A stretch of 64,000 nucleotides of DNA, taken from the NCBI GenBank assembly GCA_026415655.1, contig JAOAGR010000002.1, forward strand, positions 131,237 to 195,236, given 5' to 3'. Below are positions 30,016-40,421 of the stretch, piece after piece. Numbering within the stretch: the stretch's first letter is position 1; every line of letters begins with the position of its first letter. The notes under the pieces were generated by a model that was given only the letters and a program-made list of their open reading frames with translations, was not told where the DNA came from and did no database searches. The translations under genes and the position numbers were made by a program. Source of the stretch: Candidatus Dojkabacteria bacterium (lineage in GTDB: Bacteria; Patescibacteriota; Dojkabacteria; JAOAGR01).

Positions 30016-31399
30016 TTGATGTCGAATGATAACTACGTTAATCAAATAGTTTCACAGCTACAAGCTGGCATTCCAGAGCAACAAATCTACAACAACCTAA
30101 TAGCTAGTGGAATTTCAAATGATGCAGCCATAAATTTGTTGAATAATGCCAAATATTTGATGTCTTCCATCCAAAATTCGTCTCCTCAGGGATCATCGGG
30201 TCAGTTTAATTCTAATTTTCAGAATAGTGTTCCTAATATGCAATATTCTGGACAACCAGGTCCTAGTCCTGTGAATTTTATGTCGCCTAATTTACAACCT
30301 AATAACCACATTCCAAATAACATTAATTATCCATTGGAAAGCATGAGTTCAAATACTGCAGGAGGATTTGGTATGAATATGCTAATAGTTGGACTTTTGA
30401 TTTTTGGAGTTTTGCTGTCTTTTGTCTCATATCTTGGACTGGCGTTTCCAAACCTAGATTTAAATGGATTTGAACTGTCAAAATTTTTTTGGTTGGTTGG
30501 TGTCTTATCATTAGTATTATTTATCATTCCCTCCGCAATTTTGTTATTCGTTAATAAAAATAAAATATCTAATTTTTTAGTTGTGGTAATAAGTGTGTTT
30601 TTGTCGATGTTTTTGGTACTTGCAAATACAGGTGCTGGGGCATTTTTGTCATTTAGAGATTCTTCTGCACAAAATCAAGAGAACAACACTAATTTGTCTA
30701 AGAATGATGATGAAAAGACGCAAAAAGAGAAAAAAGACGATCAAAAGTCTAACCCTTCACCAACAAATACTCCAAAAAAAAACTCCAACATTCACTCCCA
30801 CTCCTACTCCTACAGCGAGACTTACACCTACGAGAACAGCTCCAATACCAACTCAAGGTCCTGACTATCAAGAATATTTAAATTACTTAGAAAACAATAC
30901 TTATCGTTATACTAATACACAAAATAGATTTTCTTTGAGGATTCTCAATACTTTAAGAAAAGTGTTTACAGATAATACCGATCCTAATAATTACTCAGAA
31001 ACATTTGGTTCTTCTGACGGTAATACATCTTTATCAATTATATATGGTAAAAATCAAAATAATTCCAATGATTTTAGAAATGTATATAGTTTATTGAATG
31101 ATATTGAAGATTCAATAAAATCATCAAATAAGAATCTTGGTGTTACTTGTAATGTTCAAGATGTAAAAGTAGAATATGTTGTTTGTCAGTATGTTACGAC
31201 TCTTCCAAATGGAAAGTATGCATATGTGGTTCAAACTGTTATACCAGATCAGAGAGATTATTCAGGTATTGTTGTGTTGACCGGACTTTTTTTGATACAA
31301 AATCCAGAAGCAGCGGAGAATTTGTTCAATGAAGAAAAATTTGCTTTATTTATAATAAGTATAGGGGTTTATTCAGCTTATACCATTGAATTTAATTGA
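30016..31399 (+). CDS. Membrane/surface protein split by a +1 frameshift at an A9 tract (30774-30782). N/Q-rich N-terminus, TM helices, Pro/Thr linker, C-terminal globular domain.
   Basis: Track ORFs 30016..30864 and 30593..31399. The PT-rich linker ...SPTNTPKK continues as TPTFTPTPTPTARLTPTRT... only in the +1 frame after the A9 run. An A8 allele would give one continuous ~465 aa protein. Confidence 0.6.
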
Positions 31400-31424
31400 T
31401 TTACTGTTAAAATAAATAGTAAAT

Positions 31425-32213
31425 ATGGACAATAACTCGCCACAAATACAAAATATACATCAGTCTAACATGCAACAAATTAGTATGCAAGAAAATATAA
31501 ACAATCCCGTAAATGAATTAAGAAAAAAAATAAAACAGGCGTTACTTATTTCTATTCTTGTTGTTTTAATATTGTCGGGAGTAATTGCAGCGGTGTTGGT
31601 TGCTATATCCGTCCAGTCCGCAATTATACTTCGAACTTTTACATTTATATTTAATTTAATTTTCCATCTTGCTATAGCATTAGTATTAATATGGGACGAG
31701 AAGAATAATATATTAAATAGCCGTTTTCAGGTTTTGATGATGACAATATTTTTTAGTGTAATAGTTAATTTCATTAGTTCCTCTATACCGATATTTTGGG
31801 ATGGATATGAGTATTCTAATTCTGTATTTATATCTCTTGTAACTACGATTGGAGTTGTTAGTATATTTGAATACATATATAGAATATTAGGAAGGACGGT
31901 TTATTTAGATGTTGCATTGTATTCTACATTCTTTTTTGTTTTACTTTCATATTTTTTGGTTTTACCCTTATATTTTGAACCAGATATAATATTAAGTGCC
32001 TTTGATAGATATGGTAATATACTGTTATCTATGCTTATTCTTATGTCAGTTTCTGTATTTTCTTCAATTGTCCTTTATAGAATATATCTAAATAAAAACT
32101 TAGAAGCGCAGAAAGAAAAGATAATGACATCTGATATGCAATTACTTTTATCTATTGTTATCATTATATTTGTGGTGGTGTTTTGCTATAGTTTTGGGTT
32201 GTTTGTATCTTAA
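31425..32213 (+). CDS. Polytopic membrane protein with an N/Q-rich N-terminus
   Basis: 262 aa. Q/N-rich first 30 aa, then ~6 hydrophobic helices. Confidence 0.6.
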   Translation: MDNNSPQIQNIHQSNMQQISMQENINNPVNELRKKIKQALLISILVVLILSGVIAAVLVAISVQSAIILRTFTFIFNLIFHLAIALVLIWDEKNNILNSRFQVLMMTIFFSVIVNFISSSIPIFWDGYEYSNSVFISLVTTIGVVSIFEYIYRILGRTVYLDVALYSTFFFVLLSYFLVLPLYFEPDIILSAFDRYGNILLSMLILMSVSVFSSIVLYRIYLNKNLEAQKEKIMTSDMQLLLSIVIIIFVVVFCYSFGLFVS

Positions 32214-32254
32214 TTATAGATCCTTACATTTTTAATATGTATAAAAATTAGTTA

Positions 32255-33331
32255 TTGTTTTGCATTGTGAATAGGCTTTTAATAATAGACATTATTAGGG
32301 GACACTTATTACTTGCTGTAATATGGGATCATCTAGCCTATCTTATAGGACCATCGATCTTTGCTTACTACAATTATTTTGGTCTTTTGTGGGTATCCGC
32401 GGCAGAGGGATTTGTGATTATTTCAGGTTTTTTGTTGGGTTATTTATTTCTATATAAGGGTAGGTATTCAAGCAAAGAGTTTATCAAGATAATTTCAAAA
32501 AGGATAGTGTTATTATACTCAATATCTGTTGTATCAACAATCTTGGTTTCTATCTTTTTTTGGGGCGGAAACAAACTTGAATTAAGTGGAATATGGCGTA
32601 GTAATCGGCCTCGAGAGTTAGATTTTTTTGAATTAGTTTTATATTCGGTGCTTTTTATCCATCACTTTGGTTGGATGGATATTTTTGTGCTTTATGTATG
32701 GTTGTTTTTGATTGCTTTAGCGATACTTCCTATTATGAAAAAGCATAAATTCTCTTATATAATGGTTTTAATTGTCTCTTTTTTGATCTGGTTATTTGAT
32801 AATGTATATCGTTTAGAGTTAAATCTTATACAGGTTAGCTCATTTAGACTTCTATCATGGCAGTTTTTGTTTACTATTAGTTTAGTTTTAGGTATGCATT
32901 TTGAAAGGTTACGAGATATTTTAATCTACTTTTATAAAAAAAATATATTACGCATTTTTGTAATAGTTGCATTTATAATTTTTTTTATTTTGGGAATCAT
33001 ATTTCCATATATGAAGAATGATCTTCTTTTAATTTTATTCTCAAAAGAATTTGTCGGCTTGGGTAGGCTGATTTTATCGTTTTTTTGGTTATATTCTGTT
33101 GGGATAATATTGAAAATTTTGTCTGATAGAATAAATTTCTTGGGTAGTACGTTATCCTACATCGGTAAAGAATCTCTTTATGTTTATGCGGTACATGCCG
33201 TCATTATTACTTTTTTGGATAAAATATTTATTAGTGATTTATTTCTAAATAGTTTATGTGTATTTTTAATAACGATATTTATATATTTCCTTGTTTATTT
33301 AAAACATAAATTTTTGAAAAGATTGGGTTAA
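32255..33331 (+). CDS. Acyltransferase family 3 (Acyl_transf_3/OpgC-like) integral membrane protein
   Basis: N-terminal IDIIRGHLLLAVIWDH matches the acyltransferase-3 motif (LDxLRGxAALxVVxxH). About 10 TM helices, 358 aa. Confidence 0.6.
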   Translation: MFCIVNRLLIIDIIRGHLLLAVIWDHLAYLIGPSIFAYYNYFGLLWVSAAEGFVIISGFLLGYLFLYKGRYSSKEFIKIISKRIVLLYSISVVSTILVSIFFWGGNKLELSGIWRSNRPRELDFFELVLYSVLFIHHFGWMDIFVLYVWLFLIALAILPIMKKHKFSYIMVLIVSFLIWLFDNVYRLELNLIQVSSFRLLSWQFLFTISLVLGMHFERLRDILIYFYKKNILRIFVIVAFIIFFILGIIFPYMKNDLLLILFSKEFVGLGRLILSFFWLYSVGIILKILSDRINFLGSTLSYIGKESLYVYAVHAVIITFLDKIFISDLFLNSLCVFLITIFIYFLVYLKHKFLKRLG

Positions 33332-33395
33332 ATTAATAAATTTTTGGATATTTGGCCATTGACAATTACAGAGGCATATAATACGATTTGATATT

Positions 33396-34037
33396 ATGGA
33401 GAATACCACAAATAGTAATTCAGAAGTTAGTATCAATAACAAAGATAGAAGCAAACTTCCACTTCTAATAACCACAATTATTTCTATTTCTACATTAGTT
33501 ATAATTATATTTTTTAGTTTTTTACCTAATCTTGTAAAGATGCCATTAACAAAATATAAATTAGTATTTGCAGTGATTGTTGAGAAATTTCAAGATGTTG
33601 AGAATGTTCAATATAATTATGTTTATTCTTTAAACAAAGTTAGAATAAGCAAAAATCAATATAAAATAAAAATTTCAAATCAAAGAGGCGAGGATATAAA
33701 TACTGTAAGGCAGTTTTTTTCTACAACTAGGAAATATTATATGTATGACTTTAAATTGGGAAATATGAAAGAAATAAATTTAGATGATGCTTTATCGATG
33801 GCTTATTATATGAATCAAAATTTTGGCTTTACTCATAATGTAAGTGCACTTTGTGATGATTCGCCCGATGGGTATAAGTTGGAAAGTGTGGGTAATTATG
33901 ATTTCCCAGATTATAAAGTCAAACCAGAATTGATGGATTACCAAGATGAGGACAAAGGATTGTACATAAAAAATTTTTTTGTTCGACATAAGTTTTATGA
34001 TGGATATATGTCCGAATGTTTTGGCTGGACACTATAG
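33396..34037 (+). CDS. Type-II membrane-anchored hypothetical protein
   Basis: 213 aa with a signal-anchor (LPLLITTIISISTLVIIIFFSFL) followed by a Cys-containing extracytoplasmic domain. Confidence 0.55.
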   Translation: MENTTNSNSEVSINNKDRSKLPLLITTIISISTLVIIIFFSFLPNLVKMPLTKYKLVFAVIVEKFQDVENVQYNYVYSLNKVRISKNQYKIKISNQRGEDINTVRQFFSTTRKYYMYDFKLGNMKEINLDDALSMAYYMNQNFGFTHNVSALCDDSPDGYKLESVGNYDFPDYKVKPELMDYQDEDKGLYIKNFFVRHKFYDGYMSECFGWTL

Positions 34038-35086
34038 ATAAAATTTATATTTTTATGACAAAAGAAATGCCAAATGCTACACAACGAAAATTATCGATAG
34101 AATTTATAGATATACTCTTTTATGTTTCGTCCTTGATAATATCAATAGGTACTCTGGTATTTATAAATCAATCATTGAATTTTATTTTGAAGTCAATCAT
34201 AGTAACGTTTCTGGCTGTCTTACCTGTATTATTAGTTTTATTTGTCAAATTTAGAAACATACAAATGTTTGAAAAATTGGAGAATCCACTTTTGTTATTG
34301 CATGTATTGGTCAGTACATCGGCTTTTTATGCCTGGTACGAACCCATCGCTGATCTGTTTCTAATGTTGTTTGAGTATAAATTGTTACATGTATATTATA
34401 TTTTGCTGGTTTCTTTGGTATTGGTAGTATGGTTTTGGTTTTTATCTAGAGTTTTAAATGGAAATCAGTTACTTATGTATTTTACTATCATTACTTTGCC
34501 AGTTAGTTATATATCGTTAATACAGTCTTACTTAGAATTATTTCAAGATCTATTTAACATAAAATATCCTTTTGCTGATTGGAGTAGCTATTACCATTTT
34601 TATCAATTTATTGTTATGACAGTTGGTTTAAGTTTATTTTCTATATCAAATTATTTGTATAATTTGGGTAGTAACCATCGTATTTTGATGTATTTTGTAA
34701 GGATAAGTGCACTTATTGCAATATATTTTTCTCTTGTGGCATTTACATCTTATTTCGCTTATAACGATGTCATTCACACATTTTTGTTGTTTTTCAACTA
34801 TGTAATTGTCCTATTCTTCTTTTATTATTTTAATAAAATAAGGGCTGTTGATGGTTATATATTAACTTCTATATTTTTAGTTTCATTAATTAATTATTCG
34901 ATATTTTATTTGCTTAACAAATTTGATTTTCTGGTGGGACGAGAATATATAGGGACCTTGATCTTTATTACATCAGGTATTTCTTTGTTAATTATTTCTG
35001 TGATTGGTTATTATTTTTTGAATAAAAAAAAGCTTGTGAGTGGTACAATTGACAACTTACACAAGGAAGAGAACGCACAAAGCTGA
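34016..35086 (+). CDS. Polytopic membrane protein (~9 TM)
   Basis: 356 aa with multiple hydrophobic helices. Overlaps the preceding ORF by 22 nt in another frame. Confidence 0.55.
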   Translation: MFWLDTIDKIYIFMTKEMPNATQRKLSIEFIDILFYVSSLIISIGTLVFINQSLNFILKSIIVTFLAVLPVLLVLFVKFRNIQMFEKLENPLLLLHVLVSTSAFYAWYEPIADLFLMLFEYKLLHVYYILLVSLVLVVWFWFLSRVLNGNQLLMYFTIITLPVSYISLIQSYLELFQDLFNIKYPFADWSSYYHFYQFIVMTVGLSLFSISNYLYNLGSNHRILMYFVRISALIAIYFSLVAFTSYFAYNDVIHTFLLFFNYVIVLFFFYYFNKIRAVDGYILTSIFLVSLINYSIFYLLNKFDFLVGREYIGTLIFITSGISLLIISVIGYYFLNKKKLVSGTIDNLHKEENAQS

Positions 35087-35331
35087 TAAATCTGGTTTAA
35101 TACTTCTGTTTATATACCTTCTAACTTAGAGCTTTATATTAAAATTAACTTAATATTAACTTTAGTTCATACTTTCTCGTAGATTGAATAAATTTGGATT
35201 TCGTAACAATAGTTCTTCAAATCTTAGAATTTCGTTCTATTATTACGAACTTGTATTTGTGGGAAAGGTATGAATTTGCTCTAACAATAACTCATAAATC
35301 GTTTATTGTGCCGATTATAGGTGAAGGTTTA

Positions 35332-36735
35332 TCATCGATTATTCTGGACTAATGCTTCACATTTAGTATCCAAGTCATCTATCTTTATCCTAATTTGTTC
35401 CATGCTATCTCTGTCTCTTATTGTTACCTTGTTATCTTCTAGTGTTTGATAATCGACAGTGATGCAATATGGAGTACCGATTTCATCTTGTCTTCTGTAT
35501 CTTTTTCCAATAGAACCGGAATCATCATATTCTGCAATATAATATTTTTTGATATGATGATAAATTTCTTTAGCTACATTTTGTAGATCTGGCTTTTTAA
35601 ATAGCGGCAAAACAGCAAATTTGATAGGACTGAGCCTTTTATCCAATTTTAATACAATTCTTGTATCATCATTAACAATTTCTTCTGTATAAGCATTGTC
35701 TATGAACATCATGACAAATCGTCCAAGTCCAGCTGAGGTTTCTAAAATGTGTGGAATGTACCTTTCTTTTATTTCCTGATCATAATAATCTAGTGTCATA
35801 CCACTATATTTGGTATGTTGGGATAAATCCCAATTACCTCTTGCATGTATACCTTCAACCTCAGCAAATTCACCTAAACTTGCAAAGTTATACTTGATAT
35901 CATATGCATCACTTGCATAATGAGCTAGTTTTTCATGTTTATACCACTTTAGAGATGTTTCATTAATGCCATATTCTAAATACCATTTCCATCTATATTC
36001 CTTCCATTCATTATATTTGAATTCCATCTCTGAGGGATGTAAAAAATATTGCATCTCCATTTGCTCAAATTCTCTTGTTCTATAAATAAATTGCCTAGCT
36101 ACTATTTCATTTCTAAATGCTTTACCCACTTGTGCGATACCAAAAGGCAATTTTGCATGTAAAGTGTCTACTACATTCTTAAATTGTAAATATATTCCTC
36201 CACAAGTTTCGGGCCGTAAATAGGTTAGTTCATCATCAGAGATAGAATCAACAGTACATCCAAGATTAGATTTAACCATCAGAGAAAATCTACGAGCTTG
36301 TGTCAAGTTTTTTGATTTACAGTTTGGACAGAATAGTTTGTTATTTGTTCTTAACTCATCTAGTTTTTGATTTATCTCATCCGTTGTTGCTTTATCATCG
36401 ATTTCGACACCAAATTCTGCCAATAGATGATCAGCTCGGTATCTGTGCTTGCAGTCTTTGCAATCTACCATTGGATCGTCAAAGGTAGCTACGTGGCCAG
36501 ATGCCACCCAGGTGGTTGGATGCATGAAAATCGCAGAGTCCAATAAGTAAACGTCGTCCCTCTCATTGATCATATTCCTAATCCAAGCATTTTTTATGTT
36601 TTCCTTGAGTAAATAGCCATAATGTCCATAATCATATATTCCAGAAAGACCACCATATATCTCTGAAGATGGATAGATAAAGCCACGCGTTTTACAAAAA
36701 TTAGCTAATTTTTCTAAAGAAAGAGATTTTGACAT
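35332..36735 (-). CDS. glyQS: Glycyl-tRNA synthetase, homodimeric alpha2 type
   Basis: Class II aaRS core of alpha2 GlyRS type, with an insertion carrying C-x2-C...C-x2-C (CKDCKHRY...FCPNCKS). Length 467 aa. Confidence 0.88.
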   Translation of the reverse strand: MSKSLSLEKLANFCKTRGFIYPSSEIYGGLSGIYDYGHYGYLLKENIKNAWIRNMINERDDVYLLDSAIFMHPTTWVASGHVATFDDPMVDCKDCKHRYRADHLLAEFGVEIDDKATTDEINQKLDELRTNNKLFCPNCKSKNLTQARRFSLMVKSNLGCTVDSISDDELTYLRPETCGGIYLQFKNVVDTLHAKLPFGIAQVGKAFRNEIVARQFIYRTREFEQMEMQYFLHPSEMEFKYNEWKEYRWKWYLEYGINETSLKWYKHEKLAHYASDAYDIKYNFASLGEFAEVEGIHARGNWDLSQHTKYSGMTLDYYDQEIKERYIPHILETSAGLGRFVMMFIDNAYTEEIVNDDTRIVLKLDKRLSPIKFAVLPLFKKPDLQNVAKEIYHHIKKYYIAEYDDSGSIGKRYRRQDEIGTPYCITVDYQTLEDNKVTIRDRDSMEQIRIKIDDLDTKCEALVQNNR

Positions 36736-36780
36736 AATAAATTATACTAAACTTGTCTGATTTTTGGGAAATCAAAAAAA

Positions 36781-38049
36781 TCAATTTTGATATTTTTGAT
36801 TAATAATCTCTTCTATTCTTATCAATTCATTGTATTTTGCTACTCTATCTGTACGCGATGGTGCACCGCTTTTTATCTGACCACAATTTGTGCCAACAGC
36901 TAAATGGACAAGTGTTACATCTTCAGTCTCGCCTGATCTATGACTCACTACATTTTTCCAACCAGCATTTTTTGCCATTTTTATTGCTTCTATTGTTTCA
37001 CTTAGAGTACCAATCTGATTCATTTTGACTAATAGTGTATTACACAAGCTATTTTCAATTGCCATCTTAATTCTTTCAGTATTTGTAACAAGTAAGTCAT
37101 CACCAACTATTTGTAAATTATTACCATACTTTTGATTACAAATACGCCAGGATTCAATATCATCCTCACAAAACCAATCTTCAACGCTGATTATTGGATA
37201 TTTTTCATAAAGATAATTAAACCATTCAATCATTTCATCAGAAGTTTTTTCTACACCATCCCTTTTTAATACATACATACCTTTTTCGGCATCAAAAAAC
37301 TCGCTAGCAGCAGCATCAAGTCCTATTGCAAAGTCTATTTCAGGCTTATATCCAGCTAGTTCTACTGCGTTAATGATTGTTTGGATAGCGTTTTCGTTAG
37401 ATTCAAAGATAGGGGCATAGCCACCTTCATTACCTACATTTGTGCTGTATCCATGACTTTTTAATATTTTACCTAAATGGTGATAGACTTCTGCGCACCT
37501 TCTTAGATTTTCACGCCAACTAGAAATATTTATCGGTATTATCATGTATTCTTGTATATCTGTTGCCCAGTCAGCATGCTTGCCTCCATTCATGATATTC
37601 ATCATGGGACGGGGTAGAGAATAGGTTGTGTTTGCTGATATTTCACCGATATATTCAAATAACTCTAAATTTCTGCTATTTGCACTAGCCCATGCATATG
37701 CCAAACTTACCGCAAGGATTGCATTTGCACCGAAGTTTGACTTGTTTTTTGTCCCATCTAGATCTATCAGTCTTTGGTCAAACAATTCTTGTTTATTTGA
37801 TTCAAATCCAAAAAAGTAGGTATTGAATAAGTTATTTATAATATTTACTGCATTTAATACGCCCTTTCCTAGGAATCTTTTAGGATCATTATCACGTTTT
37901 TCTACCGCTTCATAGGAACCTGTAGATGCGCCAGAAGGTACAGATGCCCTGCCTTTGGATCCATCATCTAATATAACTTCAGCTTCTACTGTGGGATTGC
38001 CACGTGAGTCAAGAATTTCTCTGCCAATTATTTTTATAATCTTTGCCAT
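36781..38049 (-). CDS. eno: Enolase
   Basis: MAKIIKIIGREILDSRGNPTVEAEV N-terminus plus the enolase signature region. Length 422 aa. Confidence 0.95.
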   Translation of the reverse strand: MAKIIKIIGREILDSRGNPTVEAEVILDDGSKGRASVPSGASTGSYEAVEKRDNDPKRFLGKGVLNAVNIINNLFNTYFFGFESNKQELFDQRLIDLDGTKNKSNFGANAILAVSLAYAWASANSRNLELFEYIGEISANTTYSLPRPMMNIMNGGKHADWATDIQEYMIIPINISSWRENLRRCAEVYHHLGKILKSHGYSTNVGNEGGYAPIFESNENAIQTIINAVELAGYKPEIDFAIGLDAAASEFFDAEKGMYVLKRDGVEKTSDEMIEWFNYLYEKYPIISVEDWFCEDDIESWRICNQKYGNNLQIVGDDLLVTNTERIKMAIENSLCNTLLVKMNQIGTLSETIEAIKMAKNAGWKNVVSHRSGETEDVTLVHLAVGTNCGQIKSGAPSRTDRVAKYNELIRIEEIINQKYQN

Positions 38050-38275
38050 ACAATATCATTTTAGTATATTGTATAAACTATTTGCAGAATATATAACTTG
38101 TTTTTATATTAAATATGTAATGTTATATAAAGATAATATAGCCTTTGTGTAATGTTTATAATGATCAAGATGTAATAGAATTGTGTTATATAAAAATATG
38201 TTAGAGTTATAGTTGATGGGAGAGTAAGGTTGGCACAACTGATTAAATGTATTAGAATACTATACTATGTTTAGT

Positions 38276-38773
38276 ATGCGCGAAGACTTTTCCTACGCAA
38301 TCGATGAACAAGAGATTGCACGTGTTCTTTGACGATCTATAGATTACTCTGTTCCTCACCCATGCCGTATTGTATTAGGTCCTGATGGAATAAGTTTCTA
38401 TGATACCAATCCTAAATCTGTTACACCTGATGGAAGTAATGAGAATGGTAAAATAGAGTTTACTGGTTGTAGTACAGAAGATGGACGTAATTTACTGGAA
38501 TTATTTAAAGTTATGGTGCAATCAATAGCGGCGGGTTATATTCAATTACCAGATTTAAAGGAAGTAAAGGTTATTAGCACTATTGAGGTAGTTGAAGGAG
38601 CATATCTATTAGCATGCGCAGTCGCAGCATTTGGAGAGAACGATTCACCATTGGCATGTCCAGTAAGATATACAGACAGAATAGAAACGTTGTATAGAGG
38701 GTATGAAGTACCAAACACTTATGAGGCCAGGGTAGACAACAACGGATTTATTCTTCATTTAAAGTATAAATAA
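38276..38773 (+). pseudogene. High-GC-family hypothetical gene (paralog of 4301..5023) interrupted by an in-frame TGA at 38330-38332. The track calls only 38513..38773.
   Basis: ATG 38276 gives MREDFSYAIDEQEIARVL, then TGA, then 60 stop-free in-frame codons (RSIDYSVPHPCRIVLGPDGISFYDT...) joining the called ORF. Paralog similarity spans both sides of the TGA. Elevated GC. Confidence 0.55.
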
Positions 38774-38787
38774 CCTAAGAATTAAAG

Positions 38788-40179
38788 TTAAGTTATATGA
38801 TCTTCTAACGTACTTACTTTCGTTCTCAATCTATCCGCCTCTTCCCATCTTTTCTCAGCACGTAACTGATTCCATTGGGATTTTAATTTATTTATTTCAT
38901 TTTCATGTGGATTTACTAAGTTTTCTCTAATCTTTAACCCCAGCACCTCATCGAAGCTTAAAATTTGTTTTAATTTTTCATCAACATTAATGTTTTGATC
39001 TTTTAATAACTGAAAAAACACACCCACCGCTTTTGGGACATTGAGATCATCTGCAATCGCATTTTCGAATTCCTGCTGATAAGTATTTTGTAATTTTTCC
39101 GATGGAACATTGTTAGAATCAGAAAATGAGGATAATCTAAATAATTCTCTTATTTGCTTGTATATTTTTCTTAGAGCATTTTGACTAGCGGTCAGAGAAT
39201 CAAATGTAAAGTTTAGTTGATCACGATATTTATTTTGTAAATAAAGCAATCTTAATGCTAATGGATGAAAACCTTTTTCTTGTAAATCACTTAAAAGATA
39301 TGTGTTGCCAAGAGATTTACTCATCTTTTGTCCTTCAACCAAAATATGCTGATGATGTAGCCAATACCTAACAAACTGCTTGCCTGATACACCTTCGCTT
39401 TGGGCAATTTCATTTGTATGATGAATGTTTATGTGCTCAGGACCACCAGTATGTATGTCTATTTGTTCACCCAACAGTGCAAATGCCATAGCACTGCATT
39501 CGATATGCCATCCCGGGAATCCATCTCCCCAAGGGGAATCCCAATGTAATATATGATTTTTGAATCTTCCAATTCTTTTAAACCACAAAGCAAAATCATA
39601 TGGTTTTTTCTTTTGTGGATCAACATTGACTTCATCTCGAGCTGCCTGGATAAGATCTTCTAATTTTTGTTTAGAAAGTCTTGTGTAATTTTCAAATTTA
39701 TCTACTTCAAAATATAACGCTTCATTAGTTTCATAGGCATATCCTTTCTCCTTCAGGATTTTGTTCATTTCAATCATTTTCTGGATGAATTCTGTAGCTC
39801 TTGGTCTATATGTGGGATGAGTAATATTTAGTTTTTCTACATCTTCGAGATATTTTTCAGTAAAAAACTGAGCTATTTCTAAAGGTGACTTACCATATTT
39901 TTTTGCTCCTTTTTCAAGTTTATCTTCGCCTTCATCACTATCACTTGTCAGATGTCCAACGTCGGTAATATTCATGACATTTATAACTTCATAACCTAAA
40001 TATCTAAAAATTCTAGCCAGATAATCCGCAAATACTGCAGAGTAGAGATTACCAATATGTTGATAATCATAAACTGTTGGACCACAACTGTATATTTTTA
40101 CCTTACCATCTTCTATGGGAATAAATTCTTCTATTTTACGAGTTAGAGTGTTAAATAAATAAATTTTTAACATACTCAA
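38788..40179 (-). CDS. cysS: Cysteinyl-tRNA synthetase
   Basis: HIGN (HIGH) motif, KMSKS motif, Zn-binding Cys residues. Length 463 aa. Confidence 0.93.
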   Translation of the reverse strand: MSMLKIYLFNTLTRKIEEFIPIEDGKVKIYSCGPTVYDYQHIGNLYSAVFADYLARIFRYLGYEVINVMNITDVGHLTSDSDEGEDKLEKGAKKYGKSPLEIAQFFTEKYLEDVEKLNITHPTYRPRATEFIQKMIEMNKILKEKGYAYETNEALYFEVDKFENYTRLSKQKLEDLIQAARDEVNVDPQKKKPYDFALWFKRIGRFKNHILHWDSPWGDGFPGWHIECSAMAFALLGEQIDIHTGGPEHINIHHTNEIAQSEGVSGKQFVRYWLHHQHILVEGQKMSKSLGNTYLLSDLQEKGFHPLALRLLYLQNKYRDQLNFTFDSLTASQNALRKIYKQIRELFRLSSFSDSNNVPSEKLQNTYQQEFENAIADDLNVPKAVGVFFQLLKDQNINVDEKLKQILSFDEVLGLKIRENLVNPHENEINKLKSQWNQLRAEKRWEEADRLRTKVSTLEDHIT

Positions 40180-40371
40180 ATTGTATCAGATTTTCACTTT
40201 TGTATTACAGTGATTGATTTTAAGAGTTTATTATTAAATATAACTTAAATATTCCAATTGTCAGTTAAAAAAGCGCCGTTAATTAGTAATTAAATAATAA
40301 AATTTCTACTGATAAGTATTTATTGGATTATGAAATTTTTATTGATTAAATAGTTAGAATTCAGTGTATAT

Positions 40372-40400
40372 AAAAAAGCATGCCTAAAAAAGGCATGCTC
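40372..40400 (-). terminator. Rho-independent terminator downstream of rplL
   Basis: On the minus strand: GCATGCC-tttttta-GGCATGC followed by ttttttata. Positioned 20-50 nt after the rplL stop. Confidence 0.7.
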
Positions 40401-40421
40401 TCGAAAATATATTTAATTAGT

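Noticed and set aside
33396-35086. Possible frameshift fusion of 33396-34037 and 34016-35086 (22-nt overlap)
   Set aside because: Unlike the 30774 case, there is no homopolymer at the junction and no sequence continuity argument. Short overlaps of adjacent genes are common in compact genomes.
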